Positions 10,585 to 20,594 of a DNA stretch of 64,000 bases are shown here, one piece after another; positions within the stretch are counted from its first letter, which is position 1, and each line of letters begins with the position of its first letter. The position numbers and the translations under genes were made by a program. The stretch is from an uncultured Lentisphaerales bacterium. GTDB taxonomy: Bacteria > Verrucomicrobiota > Lentisphaeria > JABSQK01 > UBA12247. The stretch covers positions 128,001-192,000 of the forward strand of contig CALSSJ010000022.1 of assembly GCA_943788985.1 (NCBI GenBank). Direction: 5' to 3'. The notes below the pieces were generated by a model. The model was not told the DNA's origin. It searched no databases and worked only from the letters and a program-made list of their open reading frames with translations.

Positions 10585-10674
10585 GGTTAACTGCTACTCT
10601 TTTAATAAATTCCAGTTCGGAAAGTGAGGTGTGGAGGGTTGCGATAACCCGATTAGGAAGTAGTGGCCAAAATG

Positions 10675-11874
10675 TCAGCGTCCAGATCGGTCAAGCGGAG
10701 ATTCGCCGAGGCACACGCGGAGCGTGATCATTGCGTAGGCAGTTGCCAGAGCCGGCATAGATTCCATATATCGTCCATTGGCGTTGGCCCAAGCTCCATC
10801 ATCCCGTTGCATGCGAACCAACTCTCCCAGCACCTCACTGCGCCAAGCATGGTCGATGCCATCGGCATCTGTTATGATTTCGTCCCCGTAGGCGTCCAGC
10901 GCCTTGGCCATCGTGTGCAGATAATAAAAATAGCCCTGCAGTCCCATTTCGGGGTTCTGGTAGACGCTGTAGTGCAACGTCAGGTAGGAGACTGCGCCGC
11001 GCACGCGCGGATCTTCTCGTGGTAGCGAGGCGTAGATCATGCTTTTCAGTCCTGCATAGGTCATGCTGCCCGAGCTGATGAACCCATTGTGCAATCCGGT
11101 TCGCTCCCCTGCCTTGCTTTCGTTCGGGCGATAGAAGAATCCACCCTGGTCGTAGGGGTGCGTGCTGATGCTCTTGCTATGATTGTGTGAGGGCAGAGTC
11201 TGGCATTGGGTCAGGAAGGTCTGTAGGTCGTGCCAAAGTGCGGCTTGCCCAGCCTGCGCCTCGGCGGTCGCCGTGAATGGCTCGCGGTCCAGGTAGTCAG
11301 AAAAGTACAAGGCCTCGGCGGCCCAAGATGCATTCGATAAATCTGCCCGCCCGGTTTTCCCGTAGCCGATTCCGCCAAAGTCCACGGTGGCGCGGTCTTT
11401 GAATTGCGAACCCTGCAAATACTTCCGCGCACGGCGCATCGCCTCAAGGTCTGAAGCGCGATTCACTGTGGCCAAAGCCAGCAGCGCAATGGAAGTTGTG
11501 TAGTTTGGATAGTTCCCGCTCTGACTTTGGTCCTCGCCAGCAGGGTAGATCGAGCCATCCGCTTGCTGAAAGCTTAGCACATAGGCCAATGCCTTGTCGA
11601 CCGCCCGGCTACGCCGGTGGTCTGATCTACGTTCTTCGTAGACGCCCATTGCGCCCAAGGCCGTAATCGCCGGATGGGGGAAACGCCCCCAAGAACCATC
11701 TTCATTCTGGTTCTGCAGCATCCACTCACCGGCATGGTGCAGTGCGCGCAGGCTTTCGCCGACCGTCAGTGAGTCGATGAACACAGCCTCCGCTGTTTCC
11801 TGCTGCGCTGTAAGCGGCATCGCGAAAAGCAGAAAAGGTATCGCCAGCGCTGGCGTGGCTTTGAGTAAACGCAT
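10675..11874 (-). CDS. Secreted prenyltransferase/squalene-oxidase-repeat (terpene cyclase-like alpha-barrel) protein
   Basis: Signal peptide; QW-like repeats QNEDGSWG, QQADGSIY, QRDDGAW; GGIGYG..ADLSN, SGSMTYAGLKSMIYA. Confidence 0.8.
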   Translation of the reverse strand: MRLLKATPALAIPFLLFAMPLTAQQETAEAVFIDSLTVGESLRALHHAGEWMLQNQNEDGSWGRFPHPAITALGAMGVYEERRSDHRRSRAVDKALAYVLSFQQADGSIYPAGEDQSQSGNYPNYTTSIALLALATVNRASDLEAMRRARKYLQGSQFKDRATVDFGGIGYGKTGRADLSNASWAAEALYFSDYLDREPFTATAEAQAGQAALWHDLQTFLTQCQTLPSHNHSKSISTHPYDQGGFFYRPNESKAGERTGLHNGFISSGSMTYAGLKSMIYASLPREDPRVRGAVSYLTLHYSVYQNPEMGLQGYFYYLHTMAKALDAYGDEIITDADGIDHAWRSEVLGELVRMQRDDGAWANANGRYMESMPALATAYAMITLRVCLGESPLDRSGR

Positions 11875-11894
11875 GAGAATGCCAATTGTAAGAT

Positions 11895-11968
11895 TGGCAG
11901 CCCGACTAGGATTCGAACCTAGACTAACTGAATCAGAATCAGTAGTGCTACCATTACACCATCAGGCT
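11895..11968 (-). tRNA. tRNA-Gln(CTG)
   Basis: Reverse complement AGCCTGA TGGTGTAATGGTAGCACT ACTGA TTCTGAT TCAGT TAGT CTAGG TTCGAAT CCTAG TCGGGCT G CCA: full cloverleaf, anticodon CTG, encoded CCA. Confidence 0.97.
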
Positions 11969-12070
11969 GCTCGTAGGGACAAGCGGGTGAAAAATTTATC
12001 CCGTAATCCCTGTCTGTCCACGTTGTTCCACTATCTTGCCGCGAAACGACCAGTATCTTACCAGTTTCAT

Positions 12071-12553
12071 ATGGCCACCATTCTAACATTCATCCTCGTG
12101 GGCTCGCTGCTCATGCTGCTCGAAACGCTAATCCCAGGCGGGATCGTAGGCCTGTTCGGGTTCATTTTGGTCTGCATCGGAGTCTACCTTGCCTTCGCTG
12201 CCAGTGGCTGGACCGGGATTGGCGTGCTGCTGGGAACCGCGGTGTTGCTTCTGGGGGGCGGCACGCTCTGGTGGCGTTATTTGCCGCGTTGCTCGTGGGC
12301 AAAGGGGCTGCGCCTTGCGGAGTCCGCAACCGGCTGGGAAGGAAGCCCGCTGCTTGACTTGGTCGGAGAAAGCGGCGTGGCGCGGACGAATTTGCGCCCG
12401 ACCGGGGTCGCTATTATCGGTGGCTTGCGCTACGATGTTGTGAGTCAGGGAGACTTTATTCCTAAGGGGGAAGCGGTGACTGTTGTGGACGCTTCCGGAA
12501 ACCGTGTCATTGTTACCACATCTCCTCACCAATCCAATCGAGAAAGCTCGTGA
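12071..12553 (+). CDS. NfeD family membrane protein (short form)
   Basis: Hydrophobic N-terminus with LETLIPGG; C-terminal OB fold G+ARTNLRPTG...[10 protein letters not shown]; directly upstream of floA. Confidence 0.88.
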   Translation: MATILTFILVGSLLMLLETLIPGGIVGLFGFILVCIGVYLAFAASGWTGIGVLLGTAVLLLGGGTLWWRYLPRCSWAKGLRLAESATGWEGSPLLDLVGESGVARTNLRPTGVAIIGGLRYDVVSQGDFIPKGEAVTVVDASGNRVIVTTSPHQSNRESS

Positions 12554-13560
12554 CTGATCCACAAACAATATTCCTGATCATCGGCATCATCATCCTCCTG
12601 GCGCTGATCTTTCCAGTGCTCTACTATCTGAGCATCCTGATTCGTGCTTGGGCTTCTGGTGTGTCTCTTTTTCCGTGGACCCTCGTGTTCATGCGGATGC
12701 GCCGTGTTCCGCCTGCGGCCATTGTGGACGCTTTGATTCGGATCAAAAAAGCTGGGCTGTCTGATATGACCACCGATGATCTCGAGACCCATCATTTGGC
12801 TGGTGGCAAAGTGCTGGACGTGGTAAACGCCCTGATCGCTGCGGGCAAAGCAAACATCGTATTGGACGCGCCGCGGGCAATGTCCATTGATTTGGCAGGC
12901 CGTGACGTCCTCCAAGCCGTGCGCACGAGCGTCAATCCCAAGGTGATTGATTGTCCCGATCCCACTAAGGGCCGCCAGACCATCGATGCGGTAGCCCGGG
13001 ACGGAATTCAGCTGAAGGTTAAGGCGCGCGTCACCGTGCGGGCCAACCTCGAACGTCTGGTGGGTGGAGCCACTGAAGAGACCATCATCGCTCGTGTCGG
13101 CGAAGGTATCGTGACTACCATCGGGTCTGCCCCCACGCACAAGCATGTCCTTGAAAATCCTGATAGCATTTCCGAGGCCGTTTTGGCAAAAGGCCTAGAG
13201 AGTGGCACTGCCTTTGAGATCCTATCAATCGATATCGCCGATGTCGACGTCGGCGACAACATCGGTGCCCGGCTCATGGCTGATCAGGCGGAAGCGGACA
13301 AGCGCGTCGCCCAAGCCAAAGCGGAAGAACGGCGTGCTGCCGCAGTTGCGGTAGAGCAAGAGATGACGGCCCGGGTTCAGGAGATGCGCGCCCGCGTCGT
13401 CGAGGCCGAGGCCCAGGTCCCACTTGCCATGTCTCAAGCATTTCGCGATGGGCACATGGGAATTCTTGACTACCATCGTATCGAGAACCTCCAAGCAGAT
13501 ACTGAGATGCGGAAATCCATCGGTGATGACTCAGTGCCTGAGGATAAATCCGGAGTATGA
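12550..13560 (+). CDS. floA: Flotillin-like protein FloA (YqfA)
   Basis: [62 protein letters not shown]. Confidence 0.95.
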   Translation: MTDPQTIFLIIGIIILLALIFPVLYYLSILIRAWASGVSLFPWTLVFMRMRRVPPAAIVDALIRIKKAGLSDMTTDDLETHHLAGGKVLDVVNALIAAGKANIVLDAPRAMSIDLAGRDVLQAVRTSVNPKVIDCPDPTKGRQTIDAVARDGIQLKVKARVTVRANLERLVGGATEETIIARVGEGIVTTIGSAPTHKHVLENPDSISEAVLAKGLESGTAFEILSIDIADVDVGDNIGARLMADQAEADKRVAQAKAEERRAAAVAVEQEMTARVQEMRARVVEAEAQVPLAMSQAFRDGHMGILDYHRIENLQADTEMRKSIGDDSVPEDKSGV

Positions 13561-13907
13561 CAGGTCTAGTCATCACCTTTGTTCTGGTGGTAATCGTCAA
13601 CGCTCTCGTTGCAAAATTTGGCGCCGAAAAAGATGGTGAGGAGCTCTTTGTGCCTGAGCAGCGCCAGGCGCCGCAGCCTCAGCGGGTGCGGCGTCGTCCA
13701 CCGCCTGTTCCGAGTAAAGCCGTCGCGGAGGTTGTCGATGCAGTGTCAGCCCCAGCGGCGTCATCGTCAGCGTTGGAGGCGGCCATGCATCAGGACATCA
13801 TGGTACGCAAGCCACGGCGTCGCCGTGGCCGCTACGGTGCCCATGCGATGCGTAAGGCGATCGTCGTTCGCGAAATCCTCAACCGTCCACGGGCGTATGA
13901 CATTTAG
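13557..13907 (+). CDS. Small membrane-anchored protein, YqfB-like third gene of the nfeD-floA operon
   Basis: N-terminal TM segment; C-terminal [13 protein letters not shown] motif; ATGA overlap with floA. Confidence 0.7.
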   Translation: MTGLVITFVLVVIVNALVAKFGAEKDGEELFVPEQRQAPQPQRVRRRPPPVPSKAVAEVVDAVSAPAASSSALEAAMHQDIMVRKPRRRRGRYGAHAMRKAIVVREILNRPRAYDI

Positions 13908-13936
13908 AATCGCACGAATGATCCCGGCAGGCATTA

Positions 13937-14566
13937 ATGATTGTTGAAGCGCTCGGCGCCGTCGCTGTGGCCTACTTCCTGGGCGGAATCCCGTTTGGGT
14001 ACCTGATTGGCCGCTCACAAGGCTTGGATATCCGTGAGCATGGCAGCGGAAATATTGGGGCCACCAATGTTGTGCGGGTGCTTGGCAAGAAGCTTGGCTA
14101 CAGCTGTTTCTTGCTGGATTTCGGCAAAGGGCTCGCCCCGGTTCTGGTCGCCGCGAAAGTTTTCAGCGATTCGAGCCAGTCTGGCTGGCCTCCTGCGTTG
14201 GTCGCTTTGGCCACGGTCTGCGGGCACGTCTTCAGTCCCTACCTCAAGCTGCGTGGCGGCAAAGGGGTTGCCACCGCGACTGGCGCTTTACTCGGCGTGG
14301 CCCCGATCCCGCTGCTCTGTGCTGTCGCCTGTTGGGTCGGCCTGTACCTGCTGACGCGCACCGTCGCCGTCGCCAGCATTGCCGCCGCTGTCTCTTTGCC
14401 CATCTTTGCCTTGCTCGGGAACGCCACGCAGTTCAGCCGCACAGCGCCCACGGCGATGTCCCTGCTGGTGCTGATTGCGGCCATGATTGTCATCCGGCAC
14501 CGATCAAACATTCAGCGAATGCTCGCTGGTGCAGAACACTCATTCAGTGAAAGGGATCCCAAGTGA
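13937..14566 (+). CDS. plsY: Glycerol-3-phosphate acyltransferase PlsY
   Basis: GSGNIGATNVVR, LDFGKG, GGKGVAT, RHRSNI. Confidence 0.96.
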   Translation: MIVEALGAVAVAYFLGGIPFGYLIGRSQGLDIREHGSGNIGATNVVRVLGKKLGYSCFLLDFGKGLAPVLVAAKVFSDSSQSGWPPALVALATVCGHVFSPYLKLRGGKGVATATGALLGVAPIPLLCAVACWVGLYLLTRTVAVASIAAAVSLPIFALLGNATQFSRTAPTAMSLLVLIAAMIVIRHRSNIQRMLAGAEHSFSERDPK

Positions 14567-15570
14567 AAGTAGCGGTAATGAGTGACGGGGGCTGGGGGAC
14601 TGCGATTTCTCTAGCCTTGCTGAAACGAAATCATGATGTCGTCCTCTGGGGGCCATTCCCGAAGTACATTGACGAGATGCGGGAAAGTCGGGTGAATCGC
14701 CAATTTCTTGCTGGAGTGGACCTGCCCGAGGCCCTCGAGTTTACGGCAGATGCGAGCACCGCGATCACTGGAGCAGATTTTATCGTAATGGCTGCGCCCA
14801 CTCGCTTTGCGCGTGGCTGCCTGAAAACCATTCGCGACGCGGGCCTACCTGCCCAAGCGCGCATCGTCAGCGTGGCCAAGGGCATCGAGAACGGCACACT
14901 CATGCGTGTCAGCGAGATGTGCGCGGAGCTTTTGCCCGGTGTGCCGTATACTGTGCTGTCAGGCCCCAGTCACGCAGAGGAAGTCGCTCTCGAGATCCCG
15001 ACTGCTGTCGTTGCGGCTTCGACCGATTCCGCCATGGCTAGCGAGGTTCAGGAGTTGTTCATGTCCGACGTGTTTCGCGTATATACCAGCGATGACGTAG
15101 TGGGGGTCGAGCTTGGCGGCGCATTGAAGAACGTGTTCGCCATCGCCGCCGGCGTGTGTGATGGCATGGAATTCGGCGACAACACCAAGGCTGCATTGGT
15201 CACGCGCGGCATTGCCGAGATGGGAAGGCTCGGGAATGCGCTCGGCGGCCGGGTCGAGACCTTCTCAGGCCTCAGCGGGCTTGGAGATATGATTGTGACC
15301 TGTTGCAGCGGGCATAGCCGGAACCGCCATGTGGGCGAGCAGCTTGGGCGTGGAAAGTCTCTTGCCGAAATCACCGAGTCCATGGGCCGAGTGGTTGCCG
15401 AGGGCGTAACCACTGCGGAGTCCGCACACGAACTCGCTCAGAAGGTGGGCGTAACCTGCCCGATTATCAGCGAAATCTATGCCGGTCTCTACCAGTCCAA
15501 AGACCCTCGCCAGGGCTTGCGTGATCTGATGACTCGAGCGGCCCGCTCCGAGCGCGAGGATTTTGGGTGA
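14563..15570 (+). CDS. gpsA: NAD(P)H-dependent glycerol-3-phosphate dehydrogenase
   Basis: GGWGTA, AKGIE, LSGPSHAEEV, GGALKNV, GLGDMIVTC..SRNR. Confidence 0.96.
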   Translation: MKVAVMSDGGWGTAISLALLKRNHDVVLWGPFPKYIDEMRESRVNRQFLAGVDLPEALEFTADASTAITGADFIVMAAPTRFARGCLKTIRDAGLPAQARIVSVAKGIENGTLMRVSEMCAELLPGVPYTVLSGPSHAEEVALEIPTAVVAASTDSAMASEVQELFMSDVFRVYTSDDVVGVELGGALKNVFAIAAGVCDGMEFGDNTKAALVTRGIAEMGRLGNALGGRVETFSGLSGLGDMIVTCCSGHSRNRHVGEQLGRGKSLAEITESMGRVVAEGVTTAESAHELAQKVGVTCPIISEIYAGLYQSKDPRQGLRDLMTRAARSEREDFG

Positions 15571-16850
15571 GCAATTTGGACGAGTATTTTCGAATACAGG
15601 GCGGGGAGTCACTTAGCGGGGACGTACAGATCGGGGGCAACAAGAACGCAGTCTTGCCCATGCTCGCAGCCACACTATTGACGGACCAGCCCGTCACGCT
15701 CACCAACGTTCCGGGAATCCGCGATGTGCGTGCGATGTGCGACGTGCTCGAGCATCTTGGCGCGGCCGTAGACGATCGTGGAGAAAACGTCACCATCTGC
15801 GCGAAGAACCTTCACACCCATGAAATCACCCCAAGACTTTGTGGGGAACTTCGCACCAGTTTTCTTGTCGCTGGTCCGTTGGTCGCCAGACTGGGCCGCG
15901 CTGTACTTCATCCGCCCGGCGGTGACGTAATCGGGCGGCGCCGTCTCGACAGCCACTTCTACGGGCTGCAAAAGCTGGGAGCCACCGTCGACCCTGACGC
16001 CATGCGGTTCTCCGCGCGGGGACTCACCGGGGCTGACCTGTTTTTCGATGAAGCCAGTGTCACAGCCACCGAGCACATTCTGATGGCCGCCACCCTCGCG
16101 AAAGGCGAGACCGTCATTCGCAACGCTGCCGCCGAGCCGCATGTGCAGAATCTCGCCCGTATGCTAGAAAGTATGGGGGCGCAGATTTCCGGCATTGGCA
16201 CCAACACCCTTGTGATTGAAGGCGTCGACTCCCTGCATGGCACCACTATCGCCGTAGATGCAGACCACGTCGAGGCCGGAAGCTTTCTGGCTGCCGCAGC
16301 CGCTACGGGCGGCTCCATTACCGTGCACGGCACCTCCAAACCGCACTTCTGGATGACTCGGCGCGTGTTCGAAAAATTTGGGGTAGATCTTGACTTGCGC
16401 CACGATTCCATCCATCTCCCTGCGTGCGAGCTGCGCATTCAGAAAGATGTCGGTGGAATGGTGCCACGCGTCGACGACGGCCCCTGGCCGCAGTTCCCTT
16501 CAGACCTGATGAGCGTCCTGTTAGTGATGGCCACGCAGGCAAACGGGACCGTACTGTTCTTTGAGAAGATGTTCGAAAGCCGGATGTATTTCGTGGACCG
16601 GCTGATTCAGATGGGCGGGAGCGCCATCGTCTGCGATCCGCACCGTGTCGTCATCTCCGGGCCCACCGCACTGCGCGCGCAGCGCATGACGAGTCCGGAT
16701 ATTCGCGCTGGGCTGGCGCTGGTCATCGCGGCACTCTGTGCCCAAGGCGAGAGCGAGATTCACAACGCTTGGGTGATCGATCGCGGCTACGAGCGAATCG
16801 AGCAGAAGCTGAGTGGACTGGGCGCGAGGATCGAGCGCGTCTTGCCCTAG
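15567..16850 (+). CDS. murA: UDP-N-acetylglucosamine 1-carboxyvinyltransferase
   Basis: GNKNAVLP, PGGDVIGRR, SVTATEH, PWPQFPSD, DIRAG, IDRGYE. Confidence 0.95.
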   Translation: MSNLDEYFRIQGGESLSGDVQIGGNKNAVLPMLAATLLTDQPVTLTNVPGIRDVRAMCDVLEHLGAAVDDRGENVTICAKNLHTHEITPRLCGELRTSFLVAGPLVARLGRAVLHPPGGDVIGRRRLDSHFYGLQKLGATVDPDAMRFSARGLTGADLFFDEASVTATEHILMAATLAKGETVIRNAAAEPHVQNLARMLESMGAQISGIGTNTLVIEGVDSLHGTTIAVDADHVEAGSFLAAAAATGGSITVHGTSKPHFWMTRRVFEKFGVDLDLRHDSIHLPACELRIQKDVGGMVPRVDDGPWPQFPSDLMSVLLVMATQANGTVLFFEKMFESRMYFVDRLIQMGGSAIVCDPHRVVISGPTALRAQRMTSPDIRAGLALVIAALCAQGESEIHNAWVIDRGYERIEQKLSGLGARIERVLP

Positions 16851-19800
16851 AGTTCGCCCGGGGAATTGGAAAAAATCCAGTAGCCTACGCCTGGGGTGAT
16901 CGCGGTGCCGGCAGCGACCGGGACCAGGCGATTGCCGTCCCAGCGCCACGTTCCCTCTATGGCCGGGCGGCTAGCCGCTGGCGAGATCAGGTTCCACCCC
17001 TGAGTTAGGCCGACTCGCCCGTCGGCAACAAGGCCGGTCAACGTTTCGCTACGAGGCGCATCGCAGTACAGCCAGATGCCTTGTTCCGCGGGCCAATACT
17101 GCTCGCGGACGAACTCCCCGCTCCGCCAGCGGAACGCCAAGCCGTTCTGTGACTGCGCGTTCATCACCGCGCAGCCCACCAAATTCCAGCCCTTATTCAA
17201 GTTCAATTGCTGGTTCAGCGGATGGCCGATGACCAATTCAAAGGCATCCGCCTCTGCCTTGGCTGCACTCTCCACTCGTAGATCTATCACCGGCCCGTTT
17301 GCCCTCTCGTACAGCAGCGGTTGCAGATGAATTTCACCTGTTGCCACTAGGTTTGAGAGATCCCAGGTCAGGTCGTGCAAGCGTCGCGAAGTTTCAATTC
17401 GCCACTGGGTGCTGGTTCTGCGAAAATCTGCGGCTAGGAATCGCTCCGCGCGGTTTGCGGAGTTCGCAACCAAGTAGCTGAGGTCTTCGCTGGTGATATC
17501 GTAGGCATCGGCGCCGTCATCTGCATCGTCGCGCGTCCCGAACAATAGCGGCACGCCGCTCACTCGGATCGTGCCGAATGATTGCGTGGAGTTCCAGTGC
17601 ACGGAGGCCATGCCGGCACTGCGCCGTATGCTGCCTCCACTCAGTTGATACCACAGGTGCCACTCCGACAGGCCCTCAGCGGGAGCGGTCAAGTCGGTAG
17701 GCATCGTTGAACCCCAGCGCGGGTCATCCAGAGCTGGCGAAGCGCCGTCGTTGCTCAAGAGCCAGGCCAGCACCTGTGAATCTGGATCATCCGCCTGGAT
17801 ATTCACCGGCACCGTGGCACTCCTGGTGAAAGCTCGCCCGCCGATTGCAATTTGGCCAGCGCTGAAGCCATAAACTAGAGGGGGATCTAGAATTCCGATC
17901 AGGTTGAGTGTTACAGTTGCGGAGTTCGCAATTGGATCGCTGGCTGTGGGCTGCCACTCAGATGCCGCCGGTTCCGTGGCGGGCACTTCGCTGACCAGAA
18001 ACAGGGGAGGTAATGTCGTACCGGGCAGGCCCAGCGAGCAATCCACAAGCAACGGATAGTCTGCAGCCTCCACCTCAATAAGAGATTCATAGACCAAGGC
18101 ATCGTTGTGCGAATACGATACCCGGTTCGCTGAGATCGTGATGCGCAGCCGGTCTCCCGCCACGATCGCAGGCGTGGTGGTTCCCTTGCGCTCATAGCCG
18201 CCTTCATAGAGCAGAATCTTCTGAATTTGAGGCTGAACCATGATCGCCCAGTCGATCGTCTTAGAGGCATCATGGTCCTCGGTACTGATCCCAAACATCT
18301 TGAACTCTGCGACGGTATCGACGAGCATTTCGACCACTGCGTTTCCGTGGATCTGCTGTTGGGAGCTTGCGCCAGAACCCCATAGCGCGGATCCCGCAAT
18401 TTTGGACAGCGTTTGATCTGGAGAAAGCGTTGCGTTTACGACATTCTGCCACTGGACGATCTCTCCGCCAAAGGCACCTGCCAGCGGCGGCGAGATGCCG
18501 TCGGCTGCCGGCGAAGCACTGTTTTCGCTCCGTACGCTCGCTGTCGGCAGGATGACGGCGTGAACCTGCCCGGGAATGATTCCTGCCGCGCCCGTCGCGT
18601 CGGTGATGGTGATCTGCACGTTGGAGCGGTCCAGCCACACGCCTTGATAGGCGGCGCCCAGCGAGGCGTTGGTGGCAGCCGTGGTCTGGAAGCTGAACAG
18701 CCCGTCAATGTCAGCTTTACTCAGGCTCGTTCCGGCACCTTGGTTTGTTCGTTGGTCCAGGCCAATGTGCAACTGGTCACCCGCGTTGTAGATGGTGTCG
18801 AGCGCGTCAGAATCGGAGAGGTGGAACCGCGTCAGCATTGGCGGTGGCTCGACCAAGCCGTAGTCGAAACTGTCGGTACCTGCGAAGTTCGCAGCGGGCA
18901 GATATCGAAACGAGCCGTCGCCCGCCAGTGATACGCTGCCATGGGCGGGCGCCTGCAGCAGGATCGGGCGTGCCGGATAATCCAGATCCACCCGGTCGTT
19001 AGCCAGCAGGCCAAGCGCTGGCGGGATGTACAGCCGTGTGTCTTCGATCGGTGCGTAGACATCGTCCGTGGCTTGCGAAGTTCGCACGCCATAGAAGGCA
19101 AATGCCCCCAGGTCCGGGCTTCCAGCGTCGTCTCGCACATTGGCTGCGGCCAGCGCGCGGTACTCGTACTGAACCCGATGCGCTGCTGGAATCGCGCCAG
19201 GCAGCGCGTCTCCCGCGTCGAGGCAGGGCGAATCCGCACGCAGTGTCAGCTCGTGCGCGGCAAAGTCGCGCCAACCGGGAAAATCGCCAAACTGGTTTAT
19301 TGCGGAGTCCGCAATGGTGCCGGACGTGATCCAGTTTCCGCTGGCTGTGACCGTGCTGTCATTGCCGATCATCATCACTAAGCCGTTTGGCGCATAGAGG
19401 ATGTTGTTCAGGCACTGGATGCTCGAGCCGTCGAGCCGGAATAAAGCGGCGGCTCCGGTTCGCTTGGAGATGACCGTGTTGTGGTAGAAATAGAGCGTGC
19501 CCGAGCGATATCGCTCCCAGACCTTGGAGTCGCCGCCGTACTGGACGATTTTATTACCGGGATCTGATTCTGCCTCGATCAGAACATTTCCGTAGACGTA
19601 GGTGCGGTCGTAGCTGGCGAGGGTATAGATGTCGGCGTAGTCGCTGTCCACCAGGTCCAACTGTTTGGCGCCGCCCTCCACCCAGTTGTAACGAATCACT
19701 GTGCCGCTCGAGCGATCCTTCACGGCATTTCCACGGCAATCCGGGCGTTGGGGCCCGATGTAGTTGAATTGGTAAGTAATGCTATGAGATTCGGTGTAGG

Positions 19801-20440
19801 CGTTGTGATAGCGGTCGCTCCCGACGATACCGTTCTCAAAGAGCCTGCAGCCTTCCACCAAGACGTCATACGTGTTGTGCGAGGTAAATAAGCCATTGCC
19901 GCAGTCGCGGATCGTGCAATTGCGAATGGTCAGGTAGGTCCCGGCCTCTACGTAGATCCCGGCGGTGCGCTCGTGGTAGGCCTCGGTGTTGCCGGCCGTG
20001 TTCGTAAACGTGTACGGCGCGCGGGCACTGCGAATCTCGAGATTCTCGATCACGATGTAGCTGGGTGTCTGGCCATGCAAGGGGACCAAGGCTTCGCCGA
20101 TCCGAATGGGCGCGCGATACTGATTCCAATAATCCAGCTGCGGGCGCGATACGGCATTCTCGCCCGTGATCACCGGCAGGTTGCCAGCTGCGTCTGGGAC
20201 CCCGCGCACGGTTACCGGGGCCGCGACCGTGCCGATCGCTGCGACGTTGAACTTCTCTCGGTACGCAGAGCCGTTATGATGGATCTCGACGACATCGCCA
20301 GCGACTAGATCCTCCCACGGGAAGTCAGTAATTCGCGTGTAATCCTTACCGGGTCCGATCGTGAACAGGCGCGTAGCCTGAGCAGATAGCGCCAGTGAAA
20401 GTAGGCAGAAGAGAAGGGTAGGCAGGGGCGGAGTTCGCAT
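16847..20440 (-). CDS. Large secreted protein: right-handed beta-helix (pectin-lyase-like) domain, split Big_9 domain with inserted modules, C-terminal GWNL repeats
   Basis: Signal peptide MRTPPLPTLLFCLLSLALSAQA; TIRNCTIRDCGNG, HNAYTE, GNAVKDRSSGTVIRYNW, PDLGAF; LLAND..HGSVSLAGDGSFRY; LNKGWNLVG and LTQGWNLIS. Confidence 0.85.
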   Translation of the reverse strand: MRTPPLPTLLFCLLSLALSAQATRLFTIGPGKDYTRITDFPWEDLVAGDVVEIHHNGSAYREKFNVAAIGTVAAPVTVRGVPDAAGNLPVITGENAVSRPQLDYWNQYRAPIRIGEALVPLHGQTPSYIVIENLEIRSARAPYTFTNTAGNTEAYHERTAGIYVEAGTYLTIRNCTIRDCGNGLFTSHNTYDVLVEGCRLFENGIVGSDRYHNAYTESHSITYQFNYIGPQRPDCRGNAVKDRSSGTVIRYNWVEGGAKQLDLVDSDYADIYTLASYDRTYVYGNVLIEAESDPGNKIVQYGGDSKVWERYRSGTLYFYHNTVISKRTGAAALFRLDGSSIQCLNNILYAPNGLVMMIGNDSTVTASGNWITSGTIADSAINQFGDFPGWRDFAAHELTLRADSPCLDAGDALPGAIPAAHRVQYEYRALAAANVRDDAGSPDLGAFAFYGVRTSQATDDVYAPIEDTRLYIPPALGLLANDRVDLDYPARPILLQAPAHGSVSLAGDGSFRYLPAANFAGTDSFDYGLVEPPPMLTRFHLSDSDALDTIYNAGDQLHIGLDQRTNQGAGTSLSKADIDGLFSFQTTAATNASLGAAYQGVWLDRSNVQITITDATGAAGIIPGQVHAVILPTASVRSENSASPAADGISPPLAGAFGGEIVQWQNVVNATLSPDQTLSKIAGSALWGSGASSQQQIHGNAVVEMLVDTVAEFKMFGISTEDHDASKTIDWAIMVQPQIQKILLYEGGYERKGTTTPAIVAGDRLRITISANRVSYSHNDALVYESLIEVEAADYPLLVDCSLGLPGTTLPPLFLVSEVPATEPAASEWQPTASDPIANSATVTLNLIGILDPPLVYGFSAGQIAIGGRAFTRSATVPVNIQADDPDSQVLAWLLSNDGASPALDDPRWGSTMPTDLTAPAEGLSEWHLWYQLSGGSIRRSAGMASVHWNSTQSFGTIRVSGVPLLFGTRDDADDGADAYDITSEDLSYLVANSANRAERFLAADFRRTSTQWRIETSRRLHDLTWDLSNLVATGEIHLQPLLYERANGPVIDLRVESAAKAEADAFELVIGHPLNQQLNLNKGWNLVGCAVMNAQSQNGLAFRWRSGEFVREQYWPAEQGIWLYCDAPRSETLTGLVADGRVGLTQGWNLISPAASRPAIEGTWRWDGNRLVPVAAGTAITPGVGYWIFSNSPGEL

Positions 20441-20594
20441 AGCTCGAACCGAACATTCGTGAGGGGCCGGTAGCGTCACTGTATGTCTACTGCATCGATG
20501 CACAATAAACTTTCGTCTGGATGTTGCCGCTATCAGTGGCACAGTGCTGCCCCGGTTGTTCTTACCTACCTTAAGTCCCTGTCGTCCTTCAGCT

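Noticed and set aside
10675..11874. Calling this gene squalene-hopene cyclase (shc)
   Set aside because: It is only ~400 aa, has a signal peptide and lacks the DxDD motif.
11777..12070. N-terminal extension of the NfeD ORF
   Set aside because: It overlaps tRNA-Gln and the opposite-strand gene; the real start is probably ATG 12071.
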